A stretch of DNA of 64,000 nucleotides from Eledone cirrhosa (taxonomy: Eukaryota): the NCBI GenBank assembly GCA_964016885.1, contig OZ024741.1:318184001-318248000 (forward strand), written 5' to 3'. Made by a program: the position numbers and the translations under genes. Under the pieces are notes generated by a model. It was not told the DNA's origin. It saw only the letters and a program-made list of their open reading frames with translations, and searched no databases. Each line of letters begins with the position of its first letter. Positions within the stretch are counted from its first letter, which is position 1. Below, in pieces: positions 1 to 11,950 of this stretch.

Positions 1-445
1 GAGTCTCGTTTGCAATTCTATACATGCATTTTTCTCCAGTTCACTAAGCAGAAATGTTTATAGAATTTACAGAGGTCATTTAAGTGGTGCCAAACTATTT
101 TTTAAAACTGAAATTGTTATATAACTAGCAGCGTAATAAGCTAAGTACAATTTCTTTCTTTTGAAAGTCAATAATATCAGGTATAAATAAAAAAAATCAA
201 AAGAAATAATACAACAAAATAAAACAAAAACATAAACAATAATCAACAAAAAAAATTTAAAATAAAAAAAGCAAAAACAAAACCGAACAGATATCCTAGA
301 ATCGACCGAAGAGAGAAAAGTGATGGGGTTGATGCCGCCGGAATTTGAACACCAATATTCTGTAAAACATAAAATCCGAAATCAACTCACCCAACATGTA
401 CACGGGGCAACTGACATAGCTTGCATGCATATATGCATACATGCA

Positions 446-479
<34 letters not shown>

Positions 480-1779
480 CATACATACATACATACATAC
501 ATACATAGTAACTGCCTCAATATAAATCTTGAGAAGCTGGGCTTTACAGAAACAGAAACAACACAACTAGTTATGAAATTACAAGTAGAATCCATTAATA
601 AAACAGTAAAGATATGCAAAATATTCCAACATTTCTGCATCTAATAACTTTATATACACTTGTACAGATACAGAACGTATGCACATGCACACATACAACT
701 CAAAACATACACATCCATAGAATAACATCCATACCTGCACACACATGCATGCAGACATGCAGACATATCTATCTAGTTGATGTTGTGTAAATTCCAATGA
801 GAGTCTTGTAACTATGTTAGAAACCGACTCTCTCTCTCTCTATTGGTAAACATTTGTGAAATTATAAAACCAGAAGAACATACATACATACATACTTTCG
901 ACACGAGTAATCGCAAATATGGTATGGGAGACTATTCATTACATTTATGATGAATACTATCTCCAACAGTAATGCCACAACCATCAACCTTGTTAAATGA
1001 CTGGATACTCTTCTGATGATATACATTCAAGACATCTTTTATTCGAAATTGTAGAGATATCCGTCTGACTATTGAACTCACTTTACAAGTATTTGCTACA
1101 AACGACATGGCTGGACACAACATCAACATCAACAACACTAGTGAAGAATTGGAGAAAAGCAACAACGACAAAGGTAAAGAAAATCTTTTTAGTTGTAGTT
1201 ACAGAAGGAACCGAAACTCTAAATCGTATTTTTCTTAGAGTTACGAATCCAATAACGACCTATTTAATTGCTATAAGATGGCAAAAACATCTGTCTGTTG
1301 GTTATATGAACAGAATGAATTTTTATTGGGACGGACCTCACCCAGACCTAAATTATTTCACAGCTAAACATTTAAGTTAGCAAGCACCATTTGTCGAACG
1401 TAAATGTAACATAAACATTATTCAAAACAATAATGGAAGTGTGTAATCTCTCCTAGATCAGACATGCAGTCAACATGTATCACAACAGGCTGCCATGTTA
1501 CTTTGAATTTTAGCAGCCCGTTATATTTCGGCAAATTAACGTCTGTTTATATGCCCTAGTAACGACAGTGAAAGAATATCTTGGTGATATTAAAGAGGTT
1601 ATCAGTAACAAAACAACACAAAAAATGCCATCGTATATTTCAAAAATAGAAAAGAAATCACTGACCTACGAAAAAATAATTGGTCATGTGACAATGCATG
1701 TGACATGAGAAAAAAACAAAACAAAAAAAACTACACTCCTCACCCAAAAAGCACTCCTTGCAACAAACAGACATCACAG

Positions 1780-2510
1780 ATGTCTCGAAAATCACACCTA
1801 CGCACCAGAACAAAATTTACCATGTACTCCTGCTTTGAACTTAGATCCTCCTCAATAAACTTGGTTTCAGATAAGGCTACAACATCCATTTTATAACGTT
1901 GAAGCCTGAAGCTCTTTCACCACAAGAGTAGACCTTTCAGAATGAGACGATGTCGGTTCACGGTCTAATAATGTTCGTACATTCCAGCAACCAACATTAA
2001 ACAGATTTGTTTTCAGTATTGGCTTTCTTGCAGTAGCTGGATGACAACTAGGCCAAGGCTGCAGTGCTTTGGGAAACCTGCCAAGCCAGAACCTAATATT
2101 TCTTATTCCAGAGCCCTTATTTCCAATGACTAATACGTCATTGTTTGAATTTATCCTTTTTAAAGTGTTTGCCTTCTTCGGCTACGGCCAGCCATGCTCA
2201 TGTAGCACACGTTAAAGATCACATGATGTACTTGAAGTATTTTAAAGTGAAGAAAGCCTTGCACTGGATGAATCCAAAAAGGAGAAGAGGTCAACATCTT
2301 TGCCTGCAATCGAGCCTCTGGCAGTGGATACTTCTGGTGTCCTTGGCCCTAGGTCCACCTCCCTACTCACCACCATAGGCGCAAAACTGGCTAGCCGCAG
2401 GTGTGAGGTTCGTGAGCTGGAATGGCTCTTCCAGCGCATCTCTCTCATGGGGGAAACGCCTTCTCTATTCTGTCCGCCGGGGTCGTGGGACGCAATTTGC
2501 TTATAATAGT
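1780..2510 (+). mobile_element. Decayed 3' fragment of a CRE-like (RLE-type) non-LTR retrotransposon
   Basis: ORF 2300-2506 reads IEPLAVDTSGVLGP...WLFQRISL, the typical C-terminal endonuclease region; related copy at 50967-51203. 5' boundary approximate. Confidence 0.65.
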
Positions 2511-2642
2511 GAGAAATGGGGAGGACGGGAAGGGCGGAGGTTATGACAGTGGGAGTTTGGTTCCTCTGTGTTCGGACCTTGTGTACATGTGTGTGTATGC
2601 TACGTGTTTAGCTTAATATAAATACACACACACATATATATG

Positions 2643-2704
<62 letters not shown>

Positions 2705-2784
2705 TATATATAGATACATAGACATATATATGTAAATATATATGTATATGTATAAATATAAATATATATATAAATATATATATG

Positions 2785-2874
<90 letters not shown>

Positions 2875-2981
2875 TACATAGACATATATATGTAAATATA
2901 TATGTATATATATAAATATAAATATATCTATAAATATATATGCATACATATTTATATATATATATATATATACAACTATAT

Positions 2982-3013
<32 letters not shown>

Positions 3014-3324
3014 CCCCACACACATACACAGACATACACACAGACACAGACACTCACAGAGATAGATATATATGTATATAATATATACACACTTAATAAG
3101 TCTGTGTGAGTGAACTAAACATTGAGACATCTACATAATAGCATGATATATTAGAAATAACAGGTAATTACCCTTGCAATTATACCCAGGCTACTCAGAC
3201 ATTACATTGTACCCCAGTTATTTCCCTTACATCGGAGAAGTCTTCAATTTTATTTTCACTGTCATATTGATATTTGCGGTAGAGCATTCGATAATATGCT
3301 TTGCAGTACTTAGTTGCAACTTAC

Positions 3325-3400
3325 GTTCACAGTTCAAATCCCGCCGAACTCAATTTCGCCTTTCATCCATCGGATATGAATAAAATAATTCACTGCCATC
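3325..3400 (+). mobile_element. tRNA-derived SINE, decayed copy
   Basis: gttcaaatcccgccgaactcaatttcgcctttcatcc matches the SINE core recurring at 23255, 34590, 40085, 43600, 43880 and 51725. Confidence 0.65.
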
Positions 3401-3453
3401 GTACAGAAATTGAGTAATTTTGCCTTCCCCACTATATTTGCTGTTCTAAATTA

Positions 3454-3529
<76 letters not shown>

Positions 3530-3589
3530 ATTATATATATCTGTGTGTGTGTATATATATATAAAGGTGTGTGTGTGTGTGTATATATA

Positions 3590-3621
<32 letters not shown>

Positions 3622-3654
3622 ATAAATATGTTTGTGCATATATGTATATATGTA

Positions 3655-3688
<34 letters not shown>

Positions 3689-3877
3689 ACAGATATATAT
3701 ATAACAGATATATATATATCACAGATATATATATATATCACATATATATATATATAGTAATAATAATAAATTTGAAGACTAAAATCCAAAGAGGGCTCGA
3801 TAAGGATAAATATATATCAAATATATAAGAACCGTAGAGCAAATAGTTATTAAAATAACAGATTAAAGTTTAAGCAA

Positions 3878-3915
3878 AGAATCGCTGCTTTCACCCTTAA
3901 CGGGATCTTCTGAAA
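3878..3915 (-). ncRNA. Degenerate hammerhead motif in PLE pLTR
   Basis: Minus strand reads CAGAAGA-tccc-gttaa-gggt-GAAA-gcagcg; first core box has one mismatch to CUGANGA. Confidence 0.4.
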
Positions 3916-3994
3916 CTAAAAAAGTCAATCTGTAAACGCAGAACTGGATATTTAAAAAAACGTTGCAACTGGAGGAAGACAGGAAGACGATACT

Positions 3995-4270
3995 TTGGTT
4001 CGTGGAAACGTTCCCTGGCAAAGAACGGGAAAAAACGAATATAATACGTCATTAATAGGAGCGGTGAAAAACAATTACGCGCAAAGACAGAACCACGTTT
4101 ATGGTATAAAAGAAGTCATAGACTAATGTTCTCTTAGGTGGTTCATAGAGACGTTCTCTGGCAATGAACGGAAAAAACGAAGATAATAAGTCATATGTGG
4201 AGCGTGGAGAACAAATGCACGCAAAGACAAAACCACGTAAATGGTATAGCTGAAGTCGTAGACTAAATTC
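3995..4270. repeat. ~140-bp diverged tandem duplication in the PLE 3' region
   Basis: ggttcgtggaaacgttccctggcaaagaacgg...aaccacgt...tagactaa repeats as ggttcatagagacgttctctggcaatgaacgg...aaccacgt...tagactaa. Confidence 0.8.
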
Positions 4271-4844
4271 TAACTAGGAAACCGAATGATTCTCGGCTTC
4301 AGAGTTAAGAATAAAGTAAATAAATACAATACAGGGGTAATAGAAATTAAATAAATGCATACACACATTCAAATACGTACATACTCAAGCATACGCAAAA
4401 CACTTGCCATAGGTATACAAAACCACGCACATATAAATATGTGTGTGTGTGCGTGTATACAAATAAATAATTAAATAAACGTATATAAATAAATAAATAC
4501 GTATATAACAAGCGCACCCACATACATACATGTAAATACACAAATGTTCGGAGACGTAAGTCATCCAAAACATGAAGTACACATATACACACACCTACAT
4601 ACGTACGAACCTGCATACACACGCAGACGCAAAACTCCCGTATACACATAACCAAACCATATGTACCAGAAAATATAAAAAATTTTTACGCCATAACATA
4701 ATCAATCAAATATACGTATGAGAATACGTACCTTCACAAAACATACAGGTAATATATACTTACCTATGCAAATAAGTAATGGTATAAACAAAACATATAC
4801 TTAGCTACCACATCAAGACGTAAAAAATCCACGTATAGATCGTA

Positions 4845-6179
4845 CTATCCGTTAGGGTATAACGTGGGGCTGTAATACAGGAAAGTTTTGTGCAATTTAT
4901 GTTTACAAGCCGAAATTGCCTCAGATTTTTTGTTTAAGATGTGGTCTGTGGCGTAGAGTATTTCCAGGGCCTCAGCGGCGCAGAGGTCACATGGTCTTTT
5001 ATTTCCGTTATACGATCTAGCCCTAGCTAGAATCTCCCAGTGTAACTTAAATTGGGTGTGGTTGTCTTTTAGACTCCAGATATAAGCTGAAAGTGACGTC
5101 GTATTCTTTCTAAGAGGGTAACGAAAAGAATGGGTATGCATGTAAAGACGCTGCTTGAATCTATTGGCGGTTAACCCTATGTAGGCCCTACGGGACGTGG
5201 GTGTTTCAAACTTACATTTATAGACAATGTTAATAGAGAGGCATTTCCCGGATAGGGGGCAATCAACCTGATTCCTACAATTACAGTTATTACTAGCTAC
5301 AGGGTTGCACGTGTTCCTACGGTTAGGTAGTTTAGCTAAATTTGAAGCTGTCATGTAATGTGCAAGGTTAGGAGTCGTAGAGTAAGAAATTTTAATAGTA
5401 TTTCTATTAAAAATGTTTACTATATTTATGTGTAGGGGAAAAATGCTTCGTAATAAGGGAAAGAAACATCTTAGCTAATGGTGTGGCCACCTCCATATTA
5501 TATGGTGGGTTATACCAACAAATGCGACGGGATCTATTACTTCTAGGTCTATTACCGTACTCTGTAGATGCTACCTTATCGACAAATCCACTCCGAGCAA
5601 GATCTTTATTGTAATAAGTGGAATGGTCGTTGAAAATATGCTCGTTAGTAGATAGACAGGAAAGCCTCAACGAAACGTTTCTTACTAGGTTCTTGGTTAT
5701 GCTGGCAGGATGGTTGGAATGCTTACTTATGTAATTAAGCGTATCATTCGGCTTTCTATACGGGTAATATAACCCATTCGATAAATTGAGGGTAACGTCG
5801 AGGTAATTAACGACCGAGAGATTGGCCTCAACCTGTATAGAGAGGTTGAAGCCTTTAAAGAAGGCTGTGAGTTCTTTTCTGAACCTGTCGCAAGCACGAG
5901 GTCCGCACTTAGTCATGGTCAAAAGACCATCACCGCGTTGGGAAATTCGTCCTTGATAGAGAAAAGAAGGAAAAGGCCGATAAGATCAGTAACCTCCGCA
6001 GAATCGCTGGCGCCCATACTCACGTCGAATGGGGTACTATTGGATTTTTTAATCCAAATAGAATCGTCGAAATTAATCACCGACTTACGGGCATTGAGGA
6101 TGACATCAACTTCGAAATCCTTAACCACTGTGAGTGTTTTAGCGAAATTGATAGCTCTAAGGAGAAGTGGTGAAAGCAA
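4845..6179 (-). pseudogene. PLE reverse transcriptase / GIY-YIG endonuclease, broken by two frameshifts
   Basis: Consecutive ORFs 5919-6179 (FDVSMGASDSAEVTDLIG), 5407-5922 (VNYLDVTLNL, YRKPND, WYNPPY) and 4845-5354 (CNCRNQVDCPLSGKC, IVYKC..YIGLT, CDLCAAE, CKH). Confidence 0.92.
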
Positions 6180-6423
6180 GGGTGAAAGCAGCGATTCTTT
6201 GCTTAAACTTTAATCTGTTATTTTAATAAATATATATATATAACGAAGGAAAAGTGGTAAAGAACCAGGTGGACCATAACGCACCAAAGTACTCAATACT
6301 TAGGGTAGTAGAGTGTTCCTATATATATATATCACAGATATCTGTGATATCATACTCTGCTCTATGAGAGCATCAAGTGCTCATACGGTCTACCGCACAC
6401 GGACGCTTTAAGCATCCAACACC

Positions 6424-6458
<35 letters not shown>

Positions 6459-6575
6459 TATATAGTTCTCAAGCTAGAAATGCTATAAAGATAGTTTCTA
6501 AAATAGAGTGAAGACGGACAAAGTTGTAAACGGCCGCTATGAGGAATTGAAGCCAATATCTCCCAATTACCGACT

Positions 6576-6694
<119 letters not shown>

Positions 6695-7110
6695 GTAATA
6701 ATAATAAATTTGAAGACTAAAATCCAAAGAGGGCTCGATAATATATATATATATATATATATAAATGAAAACAATGAAATAAAAAATCAAGTCATTAGAG
6801 ATATACTTCACTGCTTTACGATCGTTTCTAGATGATGATAATACATTGTAGCGATACTTGGTTATTGATCTATGTAAGGTTAGTTACAAAATATCAGATA
6901 AAGAAAATATTTACTTATATGCATATCACCAGCTGTTTTCAAAAGCAATAATAATTTTATTCAGAATTAGTAGTATGTTAGTATCTAGTCCTTATTTGGA
7001 GATTGTTGAAGAACTAACCAATGAAATTGTTTTTTTCATATGATGTTAAGATGAAAAGTAATTCACTTTAGTTGAGGTCATGACCCTTTGAAAGGAATGG
7101 TTGAATGGTG

Positions 7111-7173
<63 letters not shown>

Positions 7174-8184
7174 TGTTGACGTTTCGCTGCTGCCGTAACT
7201 ACCAACCTTATTTTCCCAATTCAAGAAAGTGTTTAATTATAAGTTTGAAAGCAGAGGCTCCAGGTAGTGCCACTATTTCTTTGAATCGTGAGATCACAGC
7301 TCCGGTGATTCGGACTTGTGGTTAGAACGTCTAAGGGAAAAATCGTTGTATATTTTTTTAGGCAAAGTCAATTGGCATAGGAGCCAGTTGTAGACTACGA
7401 ACAAGATAGTTGGATAACATCTATGAGCTCAATTGGTCTTGTTTTGGGAACCAGTCATATCATTTGGAGGCGATTTCTTCTGATAGGACCCTGTGCAATG
7501 CGGCGTGTCAGAGGTCATTCTCCGCTCGACATCCAACGCATAAGTGGGTGATACAGATTAAACACACTCACACGTACACACACACATACACACACACACG
7601 CTCACATATAAATATATATATTTATATGCATACATACAAATATACATGCATAAACACACGCATGCACACATTCACACACACATACATATATGTATATATA
7701 TACATATACGCATGTATATAGAGAAATTTTAAGAAGAGCTATTGTTAATCGGTGTTACGGTCTGATACTAATCTGTTGTGATGCTGTTTTACTATGCTGT
7801 TGTGTGCTGCTGTGTTTCTGTGCTGTTGTGCTACTGTGTTGTTGCCTGTTGTGCTGTCAATGAGAAGATTATTATAATGTGAAACGCTTTCAATGGTGGC
7901 TTTACTTTAATTCCATATTTAACATTTGATGTCAGAAATGGTGTTGACTTGAGAGCGAATCTGACAGTAAATATATTGCGGTTTTGTGTATGTATGTATG
8001 TATGTATGTATGTATGTATGTATGTATGTATGTATGTATGTATGTATGTATGTATAATAATAATAATAATAATAATGAAATTATTGTGTACAGTGCTCAG
8101 GTGCACTACAACTCATCAAAGGTGCATGTATAGTACATAGAATAATGTACAAATGTCAGGAAAATGAACAGTGTATGAGTCATG

Positions 8185-8220
<36 letters not shown>

Positions 8221-8363
8221 AATATTGTGTACAGTGCCCAGGTGCACCACAACTCATAAAAAAAGTGCATGTACAGTACATAGGGCAATGCACAAACATC
8301 AGTAAAATGAACAGTGCACGAGTCATGATACACACATGTGTGCATGTGTATGGAAGGTGTACA

Positions 8364-11114
8364 TCAGGTGTAGTTTTGGCGTATTTCGGGAAGCATGAGT
8401 GTCTTAAAGGATGCAGTGTCTCGGCAGCTAACAACTGACGCAGGCAGTTTGTTCCATACTTCAGCAAATCTGAGCGTGAAAAAATGTCTACGAAAGTCAT
8501 GGGAGCTGTGCTGTTTTCTGATTTTGTAGGCATGTCCACGTGTGTTAGACATATGGAGATCAAAAAGGTACTCATGGTTGCAATTGGCGAGATGGTTAAT
8601 AACTTTGTGGGTATTCACCAAGTCCATTGCCAGACGTCGGAGCTTCAATGAATCCATGCCCAGGGAAGCAAGGCGTTCAGAGTATGGTAGGTGTCTGATG
8701 GAGGGTATGCGCTTGGTTGCACGTCTCTGAACAGTTTCCAGGAGGTCAATGTTCTGAGCAAGATAGGGGTTCCAGACTGATGATGCGAATTCCAAGTGTG
8801 GTCGTACCATAGCTGTATACAGTTTTAAATAGATGGCTGGAGAGCGGCTAACAAAGGTCTTGCTGAGTGATGCCAAGACACCCTTGACAATCTTGGAGAC
8901 ATGCTTTGTCCAACGCAGATCGCTGCTGACAGTAATGCCCAGGTCACGTTCACAAGAGGACTTCTTGATATCAGTGTTGTGGAGGGAGTATGTGGACGCT
9001 GGATTTTTCCTCCCAAAATGCATGGTAGTACACTTGTCCACAGCCAGCTTCAGTTGCCAGTCTGTGATCCATTGCTGCATTGTGTCCAGGTCTGATTGCA
9101 GGAAAGAGTTGTAAATTTCAGGATCAGTCCTTTTGATTTCAAGGTACAGCTTGATGTCATCTGCATATTTCAGTACCGTGGCATTCTTGGCATCTATGTC
9201 ATTAATATATGCCACAAACAAAAGGGGACCAAGAACAGATCCCTGTGGTACACAAGATGACATCTCATATGGTGAAGAATGCTGTCCTAGAACCATGACT
9301 ACTTCTTTTCGGCTGAGAATGAAGGATTTCAACCAGTCGAAAAGATCATCCCTCACACCCATTGCAGAGAGTTTTGCCATAAGTCTTTTGTGTGGCACAG
9401 AATTAAAAGCCTTAGCAAAGTCAAGGTAAACAACATCCACCCATGAGCCGCTGTCAGTGATCCGGGTGATGTCTTCAAGGAACTCTATAAGCTGATCACA
9501 GCAGCTGGAGTTAGGGATAAATCCAAACTGTGAGGGCCGGATGAGGCTGTGAGAGCTCCAGAAGTTCCAAAGTGTTTCTCTGACACAGGATTCCATCAGT
9601 TTGGCCATACAGCTAGTAAGACTGACTGGACGATAGTTGACAGGTGACATGCGGTTGCCCTTTTTGAACAGGGGAATGACACTGGCAGTTTTCCACTGCT
9701 CCGGAGTAGCACCATTGTTGAGACAGTATTGAAAGAAGAAAGAAAGCTGGCGCAAAAGGAAATACCCGCCACGTTTGAGAAGCAGGTATGTCACACCATC
9801 AAGACCAGGGGAGGCATAGTTGCGCTTATTCTTAAGGTGACGTCGCAACATTGCAGGTGTAAATTCCATAGTTGTTATGGAATTTGATATTAGAGATGGT
9901 GGAGATGGTACATTCTGGTTTTCAACAGTAAAAATACTTGCATAGCACTCAGCAATGAGTTCTGCACATTCTTTGGGATCGTCAGTGATCTGGCTTGTGT
10001 GGGGATTGCGAAGAGGACCAACTGGAGAGTGAGGTCTCTGCTTTGAATGAACATATTTCCAGAACACCTTACTGTCAGGATTGGTTGCTATGCACTGTTC
10101 AAATTCAAGCACTGCCTTCTTTGTCACTTGCTTGAGATAGTTAGAAGATTTATTCCGCTTTTCTCTGTTGGCATCTGATTTATGCAGTTTATATTCCCAT
10201 TCAGCGTTCCGACGTTCTTTCCTGGCAAGTCGGACCGCTGAAGTTTCCCAAATTGCACTTTTGGGGTGGTTATTTTTCCGCTTACGTGGCACCGATGCTG
10301 CACACGCTATCCATATTGATTCCAGGATGCTCTGGAGTATAGTGTTCACATCTCCAGAGTTATACATCTCATGCCAGTTTGGGCGCTGTAGCTCAGTGCA
10401 GTACAAGTTCCAATCCGCCCTCTTCCAATCAAAGCAAGCAGATTGGAGATGGCTCTGGTTTTTGTTGCTGCCCTCAAGTGCCAGATTGGCAATGATCATA
10501 GCATGATCAGAGTCGCCTAGAGGTTCCTCAGTAGTACAACTGATAACCACTTCAGGAGTAGTGGTGAAGATCAGGTCCAAAGTGTTGTCACCTCTTGTTG
10601 GAGAGGTGACTACTTGTGACCAGTTTGAGTCCAGCACTAGTTCAAGGAAATCGTTTGCACCTTGTGGCCAACGAAAGGTTTCCCAATCGATCTCAGGATG
10701 ATTGAAGTCACCTGCAATAAACACATAAGTGGCTGTTTTCTTGGCAGCAACTCTGAGGATATCGCAAAGCTGTGTGTCCTGATGGTAGTTTGGGGGGCGA
10801 TAAACAACACCAAGCAGAAGTGTTGACATGGTCATACGTATGTCACAGAAAAAAACTTCTTCCTGTGATTCGTTCAAATCAACGCAAGGAATTACCGAAA
10901 AGTTTGAACGAACGTAGACCATCACACCACCACCACGTCGATTAATGCGGTCCTTGCGGAAAAGGTTGTACCCAGTAATGCTGAAAACCCCATCACAGAG
11001 TAAGGAATGTGCCCATGTTTCTGTGACTGTGATGAAGTCAGGGTCGATGCTTCTGACGTAGGATTCGAACAGATGTATCTTGTTGCATAAACTGCGAGCA
11101 TTTAAGGACAGCAA
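8364..11114 (-). CDS. LINE ORF2: APE endonuclease plus reverse transcriptase (916 aa, uninterrupted)
   Basis: LNARSL, VTETW, VYRPP, AGDFNHP, TLDL, GDSDH (APE); NYRPVSLTS, YLDFAKAF, VPQGSVLGP, YADD, ERDLG (RT); CR1-type C-terminus VRPHLEFASSVWNP...WNKLP. Called start is TTG. Confidence 0.95.
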   Translation of the reverse strand: MLSLNARSLCNKIHLFESYVRSIDPDFITVTETWAHSLLCDGVFSITGYNLFRKDRINRRGGGVMVYVRSNFSVIPCVDLNESQEEVFFCDIRMTMSTLLLGVVYRPPNYHQDTQLCDILRVAAKKTATYVFIAGDFNHPEIDWETFRWPQGANDFLELVLDSNWSQVVTSPTRGDNTLDLIFTTTPEVVISCTTEEPLGDSDHAMIIANLALEGSNKNQSHLQSACFDWKRADWNLYCTELQRPNWHEMYNSGDVNTILQSILESIWIACAASVPRKRKNNHPKSAIWETSAVRLARKERRNAEWEYKLHKSDANREKRNKSSNYLKQVTKKAVLEFEQCIATNPDSKVFWKYVHSKQRPHSPVGPLRNPHTSQITDDPKECAELIAECYASIFTVENQNVPSPPSLISNSITTMEFTPAMLRRHLKNKRNYASPGLDGVTYLLLKRGGYFLLRQLSFFFQYCLNNGATPEQWKTASVIPLFKKGNRMSPVNYRPVSLTSCMAKLMESCVRETLWNFWSSHSLIRPSQFGFIPNSSCCDQLIEFLEDITRITDSGSWVDVVYLDFAKAFNSVPHKRLMAKLSAMGVRDDLFDWLKSFILSRKEVVMVLGQHSSPYEMSSCVPQGSVLGPLLFVAYINDIDAKNATVLKYADDIKLYLEIKRTDPEIYNSFLQSDLDTMQQWITDWQLKLAVDKCTTMHFGRKNPASTYSLHNTDIKKSSCERDLGITVSSDLRWTKHVSKIVKGVLASLSKTFVSRSPAIYLKLYTAMVRPHLEFASSVWNPYLAQNIDLLETVQRRATKRIPSIRHLPYSERLASLGMDSLKLRRLAMDLVNTHKVINHLANCNHEYLFDLHMSNTRGHAYKIRKQHSSHDFRRHFFTLRFAEVWNKLPASVVSCRDTASFKTLMLPEIRQNYT

Positions 11115-11170
11115 TTTGTACCCTGCTCGCAGTTTATGATGGTGTGTAGAGGGTGGCAGGTTATTCTGGT

Positions 11171-11908
11171 TTAGTTTCCCAGAGTCGTAGCAGTTTTTAC
11201 ATTGCCAGTTATTGTGGGTAGATCACACTCAGACCAGCTGGTATCTCTCTTCCACGTTTCACCAGCCTTGACAAACCTCCAGATCTGCCCATCATCACGC
11301 AGACTAAAACTTTCATGATGTGCTGAGTTCCGATTCAAGGAAACTGTAGCACGGAGCTTTGGACGTACATGGGGTGGTAGGCCTGGGCGTGTTCGGAAGG
11401 TAATCCGATTTTCACGCCCAGCTTTAACAGAGGCCAGATGGTATGAGGTTGCCTCAGCGGGGTCCGAAAAAGACAGCCTGATGAGTCTGGGTTTTGGACC
11501 AGGTCGACCAAGGCGGAGAGCACCCTTTGGGGGAACACAGCCTAGGTCTTTGGCTGAGCTGGCAGCAAATGCCTGAAGATCAGCCTTGTCCTCTGGTACC
11601 CCAATGGCAATCACTTCATGGGTAGCAGATTCCGCAGTCTTTTCAGTGTGGCCAGATACGGCAAGAGGTACAGGGAGATTCTTTAGCAAGGCATTCCGAT
11701 AAGACCCCTCATTGTTGGGTCCTACCCGAATGCTTGCCTTTGTTCCTGTTACTTCCCTTCTTAAAGCAGAAATCATTAGTTGCAATTCTGCAAAATCTGT
11801 ACTGGTCGGTTGTTGTTGTTGTTGTTGTTGTTGCTGCTGCTGTTGCTGTTGTTGTTGTTGTTGTTGGTGATGATGGTGTTCCTCCACGGGAATGGTAGGG
11901 GTAGACAC
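11171..11908 (-). CDS. LINE ORF1 (poly-Q N-terminus), probably 5'-truncated
   Basis: 245-aa ORF directly upstream of ORF2 with IGVPE...RLGRPGPKPRLIRLSF, typical of CR1/L2 ORF1; called start is GTG. Confidence 0.75.
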   Translation of the reverse strand: MSTPTIPVEEHHHHQQQQQQQQQQQQQQQQQQQPTSTDFAELQLMISALRREVTGTKASIRVGPNNEGSYRNALLKNLPVPLAVSGHTEKTAESATHEVIAIGVPEDKADLQAFAASSAKDLGCVPPKGALRLGRPGPKPRLIRLSFSDPAEATSYHLASVKAGRENRITFRTRPGLPPHVRPKLRATVSLNRNSAHHESFSLRDDGQIWRFVKAGETWKRDTSWSECDLPTITGNVKTATTLGN

Positions 11909-11950
11909 AGTCGCAGGTTGTTGCTGTATGTATGTATGTATGTATGTATG

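Larger units (their letters stand above)
3757..6230 (-). mobile_element. Penelope-like element, 5'-truncated, with inverted partial pLTR
   Basis: Frameshifted RT and GIY-YIG ORFs at 4845-6179; ~6178-6228 is the reverse complement of ~3847-3898; (TA)n on both flanks. Confidence 0.9.
8053..11925 (-). mobile_element. CR1-group LINE, near full length
   Basis: ORF1 plus APE-RT ORF2, 3' UTR ending in (ATT)n, with (CATA)n on both sides. Confidence 0.9.

Noticed and set aside
8542-10506. Plus-strand ORFs overlapping the LINE ORF2
   Set aside because: Antisense shadows of a real coding frame.
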